DNA from: Heptranchias perlo
Taxonomy: Eukaryota
Direction: 5' to 3'
Length of the DNA: 64,000 nucleotides
Assembly: GCF_035084215.1 (NCBI RefSeq)
Contig: NC_090335.1
Span: 54,188,001-54,252,000 of the forward strand
The position numbers and the translations under genes were made by a program. This document shows, piece by piece, positions 49,172 through 61,900 of the stretch. The notes beneath the pieces are model-generated. The model had not been told where the DNA came from. It saw only the letters and a program-made list of their open reading frames with translations, and ran no database searches. Each line of letters opens with the position of its first letter. Positions within the stretch are counted from its first letter, which is position 1.

Positions 49172-51749
49172 GGGGCATGATTTTAACATATCAGCGGGGG
49201 GGGTGAGTAGTTGCCTGGGAAACCCAGAAAAATTTTCTGCGCGACGGCTCCAGCGATCGCGACTAAATTGAAGGCCCTTAATTTTACTTCCAGGTTTCGC
49301 ATCTCCAAGCTGCACAGCGGGAGTATTGCGCACCCGAATGATGTGCTGAACTGGAATATTTAAAGGAGCATTGCAACCATGGATTTTGAAGGAGAAAGGA
49401 GGAAACTTCAGAGATGCAGCATTACTGGTGTAAGGCAGCACCCCATTTTAGTGACTCCCCTCTTGAGTTGCTACTGCTTCTGCCAACAAGAAGGCATGGC
49501 TGGAATTAGCAGAGAAGTTGAGGAGCAGGAGCACGAAGGCAAGGTCACGGGTACAAAGCAGGAAGCGCTTTAACGACCTAACCAGGTCAGGAAAAATGAG
49601 TACAGTTACTGATTCACTTACACCCTGTAGTGTACATTAACCACCCCCCGACTCTGTCTTGCCAGGCGTACTCCATGACATCACTCCTCACATCCACTTA
49701 AGTTTCATCATCAACTTACCTTCACTTTCTGTGCAGTTCCTCATCTCCCCATTTGTGAACCCACCACTCCCACTTACCCCAACCCTGATGCAATGTGATG
49801 AATCTGTCTGATAGTCACCCTCTGATGCATTTGTTTCATTGTCAGCAATGCATCCATTGGGTGACCACGTCACCTTCACTCACTTACACGTCTGTTCTTT
49901 CTCCCCTTGCGGGAGAAACGGGCTCAAAATGCACGGGAGAGGAGTAGGACTGGAGAGGGGCCACCACAAAAAGAGCCCCTGACAAACGCGGAGGAGGAGG
50001 CTTTGGCTCTGAGCCGCACGGTTGAATGCCTGGTCGTCGGAGATGGCGAGAATGGCAACCCACAAATGGCTGGTGACAGAACTTTAACATCCTTCACACA
50101 CATCATGAATTGATGATATCAATGATTGACCTATTGCACACCTCAGTACGCTCATTGCAAAGTAACTTCTGTAATGATTTTTAATATTGCTTTATGTTCT
50201 CTTCCAGGGCCTTCAAGGATTGATGAGGAGGCAGGTGCCATGGAAGAAGACAACTCATCAGAGGAGCTCCATTTGTTTGAGGGTGCACCATCACATGACA
50301 TCCAGACATGCACCAGCACAGATACTGGCAGTTCGGTGGGTCCTGTTAGGCAGATAGTTGGGTTGTCACCTGGCGATTCAACACTCACAAGTGAGCACGA
50401 GCAGACACTGTTAGCAGGGCCAGCTGTGGAAAGTCCACATCAGGGGCCGCACTCCTTTCCAAGCTCTGCTCAGCTGGACCCAGATGCTGAACCCCGGGGT
50501 CTTTGTTGAGAATGAGAATGATCAAGGTTCAGCTCGAGTCACGCACACTCTCCACAATAGCGGATAGGTTGGAGGAGTCCAACTCCACCGCTAGTGGATT
50601 GGTGGTGCAGGTAAGTGCGGGAATGTCTTTGATGGAGAGAATGGCAGCCTCTGTTGAGCTTCAAGCATGGCTCTCAAATGAGTTCATTCAGGCTATGACA
50701 ACTGCCGTACAGACTCTGGATGCCAACATGTCTGCCGCCTTAAACAGGCAGACAGAAACTTCATCCATGGCCTTAGAAAGCGGCACATCTCCTCACCAGC
50801 CTGCTGTCCAGCAGAGTGGTGGGAGTGATGTTGCTCAGGAGAGGGATGATGGCAAAAGGGGACATGGAAGTGGGGACTCCACTCAAAGCGCTCTCACCTC
50901 TCACCCGTTACCTGCACCCCTCCCAACAGTACCCGCAATGCTGCCTCCTCTACTGATGTCCGAGTCTGCCCCTGCACAGTTGCAGGTGGAACAGTCTTTG
51001 GCGGGGCCCTCACAGGCTCCAAAACCCAGAGGTTGTAGGCCAAGAGCATCTCAGCAGTCAGGACATGAATCTGAGCCACCCGGCCCCTCCGTTGGTCCCC
51101 TCTCTGCTCTTCTCCAGGTCCTTGTGGCGCACCTCTATCCTGTGCACCTGCAACTCCCAGAACTGCACAAGGTGCCTATCGCAGATGGTGATGAGCCTCC
51201 TCCTCAGATGTACTGTTGAATAGATCCATTGCACCCCCACCCATCCTGTTCTTGTCAGTTTGAGGGGGTCCAAAATGTAGGTAAATATGTCTGAACACAA
51301 GAATTCTCAGTGTGAACAAAGAAATCTCAGTCTAAACACAAATAACTTCCAGCCAAAGGTTTATATGAGAGAACCGAGTGCCCTGCTGCAAAAACTCAGG
51401 TGTCAATTACTGGTTTAAAGGTCCAAATGAGGGTCGGCTGCAACTCACCTCCGTTTCCATGGTGTGTTTCAGAGGTCACATTCAGGGAAAGTTAAGATCA
51501 TTTGTGTAACTCAATGTACAAAAAGTTAATCCCCTTAAGTGTTTAAATATCTAAATTGGCCCTTTAAATATTGGCTCTTTGGCTTTAAATGCCGGCTGGA
51601 CCTCCGGGTGTCAGACCTGCGCATGCATCCAAATGCGCCTGGGTCAAACCCGGAAGTTGGAGCCGGGACGTGGTCCTGCTCCGATTTCTTAGAATTTTCA
51701 CTGCCCACCCACCCCCAACCCACCCGTCCTTGGGGGTTAAAATTACCCC
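49172..51749 (+). mobile_element. Internally deleted PIF/Harbinger-like DNA transposon (Myb/SANT gene on +)
   Basis: TIRs ggggcatgattttaac / gttaaaattacccc; AAPHFSDSPLELLL...KKAWLELAEKLRS...QSRKRFNDLTRSGK at ~49430-49595; LTNAEEEALAL at ~49980. Confidence 0.72.
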
Positions 51750-52851
51750 CCCCCCCCGATCTCTTGCGATCAGCCCATTCCTTTGCTGATTCACTACTAC
51801 AGTAAGGAAGGGATCCACAGAATAACTTTTACAAGGGTACCCCAAACCTGGCCCAATTCTTCCCTAAACCTACTCAGAGGGTAGTAGTTTACTTTTACTG
51901 CTATTACCAGGTGGAAAATGGAGTTCCCAGCAACAGTAGTGTACCAGTTCAAGTTACAGCTGACCTGAAAATCATATCCCAAATTCCAGTTTTGCAGACA
52001 ACATGCTGCGGTCAGTTTTATTGGGCCTAAAGCAGCCAGACCAGTGGTTGTTAAAGGAGCTGCTGGAGGCTGCCACAAAAAGGTGAGTAAAAGAAAATGT
52101 ACTTTCCAGTATTTCCATATTGAAACTGCGGGCTGCTGCCGGTCACCGCTCGCTCACCTCTCGATCTCCTGCCCCCCGACCCACCGTGAGCCCGACGTCC
52201 CAGCCACCCAACTTTCATACTCTTCAGGATTGGTGCACTGCCTCCTGGGGCATAGCTGGTGCACCCAGCCGACTGGTCACATCCTGATGATGCAAGAGGA
52301 CCTCTTGCACATCAATTTCAGCAGTCCCCTAAGTCCAGCTCAATATATCTTCACTGTATGTGAGCAAAGTTCAAACGTATTGTTGGCTTCTTAAGAAGTA
52401 TAAAATGCTTGGTCGTTCATCTCTGGAGCCTAGGTTAAAATCCAGCTCAGACCAGACAGCTTGGAGAGTGTACTTGATAACAAGATAAGTGCAATAAAAC
52501 TCTACTGAACTGAATGCCCAACTTAAGGATAGTATTAGATCCAAAGAGGAGTCATATAAAGTTGCCAGAAAAAGTAGCAAGCCTGAGGATTGCGGGCAGT
52601 TTAGAATTCAGCAAAAAATGACCAAGAGATTGATAAAGAGGGGAAAAATAGAGTATGAGAGTAAACTTGCAAGGAACATAAAAGTGGACTGTAAAAGCTT
52701 CTACAAGAATGTAAAAAGAAAAAGATTAGTGAATACAAATGTAGGTCCCTTACAGTCAGAAACGGGAGAATTTATAATGGGGAACATGGAAATGGCAGAG
52801 CAATTAAACAAATACTTTGGTTCTGTCTTCACAGAAAAGGACACAAATAAC

Positions 52852-55800
52852 GGTAGCATAGTGGTTATGTTACTGGGCTAGTAATCCAGAGGCCTGGACT
52901 AAAATCCAGAGTCATGAGTTCAAATCCTGCTACGGCAGCTGGTGAATTTAAATTCAATTAATTAAAAATTAAAATCTGGAATTAAAATACTAGTATCAGT
53001 AATGATGGCCATGAAACTACCGGATTGTCGTAAAAACCCATCTGGTTCACTAATGCCCTTTAGGGAAGGAAACCTGCCACCCTTACCCGGTCTGGCCTAT
53101 ATGTGACTCCAGACACACAGCAATGTGGCTGATTCTTAATTGCCCTCTGAAATGGCCCAGCAAGCCACTCAGTTGTAAAATCGCACTACGAAAAGTCATA
53201 ATAAGAATAAAACCGGATGGACCACGAGGCACTGGACACGACAACGGCAAAACATCAAGCCCAGTCGACCCTGCAAGGTCCTCCTTACTAACATCTGGGG
53301 ACTTGTGCCAAAATTGGGAGAGCTGTCCCACAGATGAGTCAAGCAACAGCCTGACATAGCCATACTCACAGAATCATACCTTTCAGCCAACTTCCCAGAC
53401 TCTTCCATCACCATCCCTGGGTATGTCCTGTCCCACCCACAGGACAGACCCACCAGAGGTGGCGGTACAGTGATATACAGTCAGGAGGGAGTGGCCCTGG
53501 GAGTCCTCAACATTGACTCTGGACCCCATGAAATCTCATGGCATCAGGTCAAACGTGGGCACGGAAATCTCCTGCTGATTACCACCTACCGTCCTCCCTC
53601 AGCTGATGAATCAGTCCTCCTCCATGTTGAGCACCACTTGGAGGAAGCACTGAGGGCAGCAAGGAGCACAGAATGGACTCTGGGTGGGGGACTTCAATGT
53701 CCATCACCAAGAGTGGCTCGGTAGCACCACTACTGGCCGAGTCCTGAAGGACATAGCTGCCAGATTGGGCCTGCGGCAGGTGGTGAGCGAACCAACACGA
53801 GGGAAAAACTTACTTGAAACTCGTCCTCACCAATCTACCTGTCGCAGATGCATCTGTCCATGACAGTATTGGTAGGAGTGACCACCGCACAGTCCTCGTG
53901 GAGATGAGGTCCCGTCTTCACACTGAGGACACCATCCAACGTGTTGTGTGGCACTACCACCGTGCTAAATGGGATAGATTCAGAATGGATCGAGCAGCTC
54001 AAAACTGGGCATCTATGAGGCGCTGTGGGCCATCAGCAGCAGCAGAATTGTATTCCAGCACAAATCTGTAACCTCATGGCCCGGCATATTCCTCACTCTA
54101 CCATTACCAACAAACCAGGGGATCAACCATGGTTCAATGAGGAGTGTAGAAGAGCATGCCAGGAGCAGCACCAGGCGTACCTAAAAATGAGGTGCCAACC
54201 TGGTGAAGCTACAACTCAGGACTACATGCATGCTAAACAGCGGAAGCAACATGCTATAGACAGAGCTAAGCGATTCCGCAACCAATGGATCAGATCAAAG
54301 CTCTTGCAGTCCTGCCACATCCAGTCGTGAATGGTGGTGGACAATTAAACAACTAACGGGAGGAGGAGGCTTCAGCAAACATCCCCATTCTCAATGATGG
54401 CGGAGTCCAGCACGTGAGTGCAAAAGACAAGGCTGAAGCGTTTTGCAGCCAGAAGTGCCGAGTGGATGATCCATCTCAGCCTCCTCCCGATATCCCCACC
54501 ATCACGGAAGCCAGTCTTCAGCCAATTCGATTCACTCCACGTGATATCAAGAAACGGCTGAGTGCACTGGATACAGCAAAGGCTATGGGCCCCGACAACA
54601 TCCCAGCTGTAGTGCTGAAGACTTGTGCTCCAGAACTAGCTGCGCCTCTAGCCAAGCTGTTCCAGCACAGCTACAACACTGGCATCCACCCGACAATGTG
54701 GAAAATTGCCCAGGTATGTCCTGTCCACAAAAAGCAGGACAAATCCAATCCGGCCAATTACCGTCCCATCAGTCTACTCTCAATCATCAGCAAAGTGATG
54801 GAAGGTGTCGTCGACAGTGCTATCAAGCTGGCACTTACTGACCAATAACCTGCTCACCGATGCTCAGTTTGGGTTCCGCCAGGACCACTCGGCTCCAGAC
54901 CTCATTACAGCCTTGGTCCAAACATGGACAAAAGAGCTGAATTCCAGAGGTGAGCTGAGAGTGACTGCCCTTGACATCAAGGCAGCATTTGACCGAGTGT
55001 GGCACCAAGGAGCCCTAGTAAAATTGGAATCAGGGGGAAAACTCTCCAGTGGCTGGAGTCGTACCTAGCACAAAGGAAGATGGTAGTGGTTGTTGGAGGC
55101 CAATCATCTCAGCCCCAGGGCATTGCTGCAGGAGTTCCTCAGGGCAGTGTCCTAGGCCCAACCATCTTCAGCTGCTTCATCAATGACCTTCCCTCCATCA
55201 TAAGGTCAGAAATGGGGATGTTCGCTGATGACTGCACAGTGTTCAGTTCCATTCAAAACCCCTCAGATAATGAAGCAGTCCAAGCCCGCATGCAGCAAGA
55301 CCTGGACAACATCCAAGCTTGGGCTCATAAGTGGCAAGTAACATTTGCGCCAGATAAGTGCCAGGCAATGACCATCTCCAACAAGAGAGAGTCTAACCAC
55401 CTCCCCTTGACATTCAACAGCATTACCATCGCCGAATCCCCCACCATTAACATCCTGGGGGTCACCATTGACCAGAAACTTAACTGGACCAGCCATATAA
55501 ATACTGTGGCTACGAGAGCAGGTCAGAGGCTGGGTATTCTGTGGCGAGTGACTCACCTCCTGACTCCCCAAAGCCTTTCCACCATCTACAAGGCACAAGT
55601 CAGGAGTGTGATGGAATACTCTCCACTTGCCTGGATGAGTGCAGCTCCAACAACACTCAAGAAGCTCAACACCATCCAAGATAAAGCAGCCCGCTTGATT
55701 GGCACCCCATCCACCACCCTAAACATTCACTCCCTTCACCACCGGCGCACTGTGGCTGCAGCGTGCACCATCCACAGGATGCACTGCAGCAACTCGCCAA

Positions 55801-56126
55801 GGCTTCTTCGACAGCACTTCCCAAACCCGCGACCTCTACCACCTAGAAGGACAAGAGCAGCAGGCGCATGGGAACAACACCACCTGCACGTTCCCCTCCA
55901 AGTCACACACCATCCCGATTTGGAAATATATCGCCGTTCCTTCATTGTCGCTGGGTCAAAATCCTGGAACTCCCTTCCTAACAGCACTGTGGGAGAACCG
56001 TCACCACACGGACTGCAGCGGTTCAAGAAGGCGGCTCACCACCACCTTCTCGAGGGCAATTAGGGATGGGCAATAAATGCTGGCCTCGCCAGCGACGCCC
56101 ACATCCCGTGAACGAATAAAAAAAAA
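52852..56126 (+). mobile_element. tRNA/SINE-headed, ORF1-less LINE (CR1/L2-group APE-RT); this copy is mutated
   Basis: A box TAGCATAGTGG 52854-52864, B box GAGTTCAAATCC 52916-52927; APE and RT motifs; 3' tail with AATAAA and poly-A. Confidence 0.88.
53152..56063 (+). pseudogene. Single APE-RT ORF of the tRNA-headed LINE, with stops and frameshifts
   Basis: gaaATGG at 53152 is in frame with VLLTNIWGL (53278) past one TAA at 53176; ILTESYL, YRPP, GDFN, SDH; NYRPISLL, DIKAAFD, GVPQGSVLGP, FADD. Confidence 0.8.
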
Positions 56127-57852
56127 CTTCCCAGAAATGCTAACGAACCACGGGTCCAGTGAGAAGGAGGAATTGAAAGAAATTAGTATTATTAAAAAAG
56201 AGTGCTGGAGAAATTAATGGGACTGAAAGCCAACAAATCCCCAGGGCCTGATAATCTGCATCCCAGAGTATTAAAAGAGGTAGCCATGGAAATAGTGGAT
56301 GCATTAGTTGTCACCTTCCAAAATTCTATAGATTATGGAACAGTTTCTGCAGATTGGAGGGTGGCAAATATAACCCCCCTATTTAAAAAAGGAGGGAGAA
56401 AGAAAACAGGGAACTGCAGACCGGTTAGCCTAACATCAGTAGTAGGGAAAATGCTAGAGTCTATTATAAAGGATGTGATAACAGGTCACTTAGAAAATAT
56501 CAACGGGATTAGACAAAGCCAAGATGGATTTATGAAAGGGAAATTGTGTTTGACAAACCTACTGGAGTTTTTTGAGGATGTAACTGGTAGAATAGATAAG
56601 GGAGAACCAGTGGATGAGGTGTTTTTGGATTTTCAGAAGGCCTTTGATAAAGTCCCATGTAAGAGGTTAGTGTGCAAATTAAAGCACATGGGATTGGGGG
56701 TAATATATTGGCATGGATTGAAAATTGGTTAACAGACAGAAAACAGAGAGTGGGAATAAATGGGTCTTTTTTGGAGTGGCAGGCAGTTACTAGTCGGGTA
56801 CAGCAGGGATCAATGCTTGGGCCCCAGCTATTCACAATATATATCAATGATTTGGATGAGAGAACCAAATGTAATATTTCCAAGTTTGCTGACGACACAA
56901 AACTAGGTGGGATCGTGAGTTGTGAGGAGGATGCAAAGAGGCTTGAAGGCAATTTAGACAAGCTGAGTGAGTGGGCAAATACATGGCAGATGAAGTATAA
57001 TGTGGATAAATGTGAAGTTATCCACTTTGGAAGGAAAAACAGAAAGGCAGAGTATTATTTAAATGGTGATAGATTGGGAAATGTTGATGTACAAAGGGAC
57101 CTGGGTGTCCTTGTACACCAGTCACTGAAAGCAAACATGCAGGTGCAGCAAGCAGTTAGGAAGGCAAATAGTATGTTGGCCTTCATTGCAAGAGGATTTG
57201 AGTACAGGAGCAAGGATGTCTTACTGCAGTTATACAGGGCCTTGGTGAGACCACACCTGGAGTATTGTGTGCAGTTTTGGTCTCCTTACCTAAGATAGGA
57301 TATACTTGCCATAGAGGGAGTGCAACGAAGGTTCACCAAACTGATTCCTGGGACAGCAGGACTGTCGTATGAGGAGAGATTGGGTCGACTCGGCCTGTAT
57401 TCACTCGAGTTTAGAAGAATGAGAATCTCATTGAAATGTATAAAATTCTGACAGGGCTAGACAGACTGGATGCAGGGAGAAAGTTTCCCCTGGCTGGGGG
57501 TCCAGAACGAGGGATCACATTCTCAGGATACGGGGTGGGACATTTAGGACTGGGATGAGGAGAAATTTCTTCACTCAGAGGGTGGTGAACCTGTGGAATT
57601 CTCTACCACAGAAGGCTGTGGAGGCCAAGTCACTAAATATATTTAAGAAGGAGCTAGATAGATTTCTAGACATAAAAGGCATCAAGGGGTATGGGGAGAG
57701 AGCAGGAATATGGTATTGAGATAGAGGATCAGCCACGATCTTATTGAATGGCGGAGCAGGCTCAAAGGGCCGAATGGCCTACTCCTGCTCCTATTTTCTA
57801 TGTTTCTATGTTTCTGTACAAATAGAATTTAATGGATTCAGAAGAAACATAA

Positions 57853-57924
57853 AAGTATCAGGATGGACCCAACAGCTATGATAATTCACCACACATCATG
57901 GCTGCTGGGTCCATCCTGATACTT
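57853..57924. repeat. 72-nt near-perfect inverted repeat (30-bp stem, 12-nt loop)
   Basis: AAGTATCAGGATGGACCCAACAGCTATGAT / ATCATGGCTGCTGGGTCCATCCTGATACTT: 28 of 30 Watson-Crick pairs plus one G-U. Confidence 0.92.
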
Positions 57925-58330
57925 GAGAACAATTTGAAATGTGTTTTATAAATTTATCATAAGAAAACATTCATTTATTTAGAAGGCTAATGAATGACTC
58001 TTTACTTTGTAACATAAACCTATTTGTCCACAGCTTTCATTAGCAAATATCACAAGTACCACAAGGGGAACAGTAACCTAACCGTACTGGTATGAAATCA
58101 TCTGGAACTTGACCACAAAGAAATGAAATGAGTAAGAGCAACTTCATGGATACCCTCACTTCTCATTCAAATGTTGCATACAGAAAACTCACTGGCAATG
58201 ACTGAAGTGCATGGGTAATGAGAAATGCCAGTGTAGGAGGCCTTATCTGTTAATTTGATAAAAATAGATTTTACTTGTGATAATAGAAATTTCATGTGTT
58301 TAATGGGAATCCTAACAAATGAACTTCAGT

Positions 58331-58562
58331 CTGGCACTGTAGTGAAAAGTTTATGGCACTGAAATAGCAACCCAGTGATCACAAGCTCAAGTCTCACCCG
58401 GGCCAAGTTGTGAAATTGAATTCAGTAAAGTTTGTGAGCTAGCACCAGAAACAGAAATGAACCATGAAGGCTGTCCGATTGTCATAATACCCTAACTGAG
58501 AAACTAGGAATGGGCAATAAATGTGACCTTTCCAGTGTTACCCACATCCCGGGAATAAATGA
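58331..58562 (+). mobile_element. Short decayed SINE sharing head/body and 3' tail with the tRNA-headed LINE
   Basis: Degenerate tRNA head; aattgaattca and accatgaaggctgtccgattgtcataataccc (cf. 53009-53039), then directly taggaatgggcaataaatg...cccacatccc..gaataaa (cf. 56061-56120). Confidence 0.65.
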
Positions 58563-58945
58563 TGATTTCCAAATAATTCCAGTTATCTGTAAACAGTGCA
58601 GTGTCACAGTTATTTGGGGACAGGAAGCTAATAATTGCTTTAAAGCAATTAATGGCTGTTCTCAGTATATCAACCACATAAATGAAATAATGACTATTGA
58701 TGTTTTTACATTTGGTACATTTGTAGCTCAGGTCATGGGAAACATGGTTCTACTGTCATAGAAAGCTACAGAGGTAACAAATATAAAAGCACCTAATGGA
58801 TTAACACTGGGAGATAGAAACTGTGAGCAGTCATTTAAGAAATAGAGGTAAAAATTCCTCTGTGAGTTACATTTATTTCATGGTCCAACTAATTGTACTC
58901 ACTGTGACTTTGCCAGTGGAATGGAAGCAAAACACAGAGGAATTT

Positions 58946-61900
58946 ATAGAATCATAGAATCATTGAAAGGTTACAGCACGGAAGGAGGCCACTCGGCCCA
59001 TCGAGTTCACGCCGGCTCTATGCAAGAGCAAGCCAACTAGTCCCACTCCCCCACCCTATCCCCATAGCCCAGAATTTTTTTTCCTTTCAAGTACTTATCC
59101 AGTTCCTTTTTGAAGGCCATGATTGAGTCTGCCTCCTCAGGCAGTGCATTCCAGATCCTAATCGCTCGCTGTGTAAAAAAGTTTTTCCTCATGTCACCTT
59201 TGGTTCTTTTGTCAATCACCTTAAACTTATATCCTCTGGATTTTGATCCTTCCGCCAATGGGAACAGTTTCTCTCTATCTACTCTGTCTAGGTCCTTCAT
59301 GATTTTAAATATCTCTATCAAATCTCCTCGCAACCATCTCTGTTCCAAGGAGAACAACCCCAGCTTCTCCAGTCTATCCACATACTAAAGTTCCTCATCC
59401 CTGGAATCATTCCAGTAAATCTCTTCTGCACTGTCTCTAAGGCCTTCACATCTTTCCTGAAGTGCAGTGCCCAGAACTGGGACACAATATTCCAGTTGTG
59501 GCCGAACCAGCGTTTTATAAAGGTTCACCATGACTTCCATACTTTTGTATTCTATGCCTCTATTTATAAAGCCCAGGATCCTGTATGCTTTTTTAACCGC
59601 TTTCTCAACCTGCCCTGCCACCTTCAACAATTTGTGCACATATACCCCCAGATCAAACCAGTGGACGTAGTGTATTTAGACTTCCAGAAGGCATTCGACA
59701 AGGTGCCACATAAAAGATTATTGCTTAAGATAAAAAAAATCATGGGATTGGGGGTAATATTCTGGCATGGGTGGAGGATTGGTTATCTAACAGGAAGCAG
59801 AGAGTTGGGATAAATGGTTCATTCTCAGACTGGCAACCAGTAACCAGTGGTGTTCCACAGGGGTCGGTGCTGGGTCCCCAACTCTTTACAATCTATATTA
59901 ACGATTTGGAGGAGGGGACCGAGTGCAACATATCAAAATTTGCAGATGATACAAAGATGGGAGGGAAAGTAGAGAGTGAGGAGGACATAAAAAACCTACA
60001 AGGGGCTATAGACAGGCTGGGTGAGTGGGCGGAGATTTGGCAGATGCAATATAATATTGGAAAATGTGAGGTTATGCACTTTGGCAGGAAAAATCAGAGA
60101 ACAAGTTATTATCTTAATGGCGAGAAACTGGAAAGTACTGCAGTACAAAGGGATCTGGGGGTCCTTGTGCAAGAAAATCAAAAGGTTAGTATGCAGGTGC
60201 AGCAGGTGATCAAGAAGGCCAATGGAATGTTGGCTTTTATTGCTAGGGGGATAGAATATAAAAACAGGGAGGTATTGCTGCAGTTATATAAGGTATTGGT
60301 GAGGCCGCACCTGGAATACTGCATACAGTTTTGGTGTCCACACTTAAGAAAAGACATACTTGCTGTCGAGGCAGTACAAAGAAGGTTCACTCGGTTAATC
60401 CCGGGGATGAGGGGGTGGACATATGAGGAGAGGTTGAGTAGATTGGGACGCTACTCATTGGAGTTCAGAAGAATGAGAGGCGATCTTATTGAAACATATA
60501 AGATTGTGAAGGGGCTTGATCGGGTGGATGCGGTAAGGATGTTCCCAAAGATGGGTGAAACTAGAACGAGGGGGCATAATCTTAGAATAAGGGGCTGCTC
60601 TTTCAAAACTGAGATGAGGAGAAACTTCTTCACTCAGAGGGTAGTAGGTCTGTGGAATTTGCTGCCCCAGGAAGCTGTGGAAGCTACATCATTAAATAAA
60701 TTTAAAACAGAAATAGACAGTTTCCTAGAAGTAAAGGGAATTAGGGGTTACGGGGAGCGGGCAGGAAATTGGACATGAAGCTGAATTCGGATCGGTCAAG
60801 GCCCTGTCGGTGGCGGAGCGGGCCCAGGGGCTGAGTGGCCGGGTCCTGCTCCTACTTCTTGTGTTCTTTAGATTTGTGGTTGGGATCAGACCAGCCATGA
60901 TCTTATTGAATGGCGGAGCAGGCTCGAGGGGCCAATTGGCCTACTCCTGCTCCTATTTCTTATGTTCTTATGTTCTTATATCTCTCTGTTCCAGTACCCC
61001 TTTTAGAGTTGTGCCTTCTAGTTTACATTGTGTTTCCTCGTTCTTCCTACTGAAATGTATCACTTTGTATTTCTCAGCTTTAAATTTCATCTGCCATGTA
61101 TCCGCCCATGCCACCAGCCTCTCTATATCCTCTTGAAGTCGATCACTATCCTCCTCACTGTTTACTACCCTTCCAAGTTTGGTGTCATCTACAAATTTTA
61201 AAATCGTGCCCTGTACACCCAAGTCCAAGTCATTAATATATACCAAGAAAAGCAGTGGTCCCAGCACCGACCCCTGGGGAACATCACTATACACCTCCCT
61301 CCAGTCTGAAAAATAACCGTTCATCGCTTCTCTCTGTTTCCTGTCACTTAGCCAATTCTGTATCCATGTTGCTACTGCCTCCTTTATTCCATGGGCCGCA
61401 ATCTTGATAATAAGCCTACCATGCGGCACTTTATCAAACGCCTTTTGAAAGTCCATATACACCACATCAACTGCATTGCCCTCATCTACACTCCCTGTTA
61501 CCTCATCAAAAAACTCTATCAGGTTAGTTAACACGATTTGCCTTTAACAAATCCGTGCTGGCTTTCCCTAATCAATCCAAACTCATCCAAGTGACTGTTA
61601 ATTCTGTCCTGAATTACCGTTTCTAAAAGTTTCCCCACCACTGAGGTTAAACTGATTGGCCTATAGTTGCTGGGTTTATCCTTACACCCTTTTTTGAATA
61701 AGGGTGTAACATTTGCAATTCTCCAATCCTCTGGCACCACCCCCGTATCTAAGGATGTTTGGAAGATTATGGCCAGCACCTCTGCAATTTCCACCCTTAC
61801 TTCCCACAGCAACCTAGCATGCATCCCATCCGGTCCGGGTGACTTATCTACTCTAAGTATAGCTCGCCTTTCCATTACCTCTTCTTTATCAAATTTTAGC

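Larger units (their letters stand above)
52520..57816 (+). mobile_element. CR1 host element (52520-52851 plus 56127-57816) interrupted by the tRNA-headed LINE
   Basis: ORF 52618.. ends FGSVFTEKDTNN at 52851 and the protein resumes FPEML at 56128, collinear with VFTVEDTKNIP of the other CR1 copies. Confidence 0.92.

Noticed and set aside
50503-51219. 238-aa ORF as a host gene
   Set aside because: Lies inside the Harbinger-like TIRs; best read as the low-complexity C-terminus of the element's Myb/SANT protein.
52852-52935. Functional tRNA gene
   Set aside because: A and B boxes are present, but there is no clean cloverleaf or downstream T-run, and the sequence continues into a retroelement.
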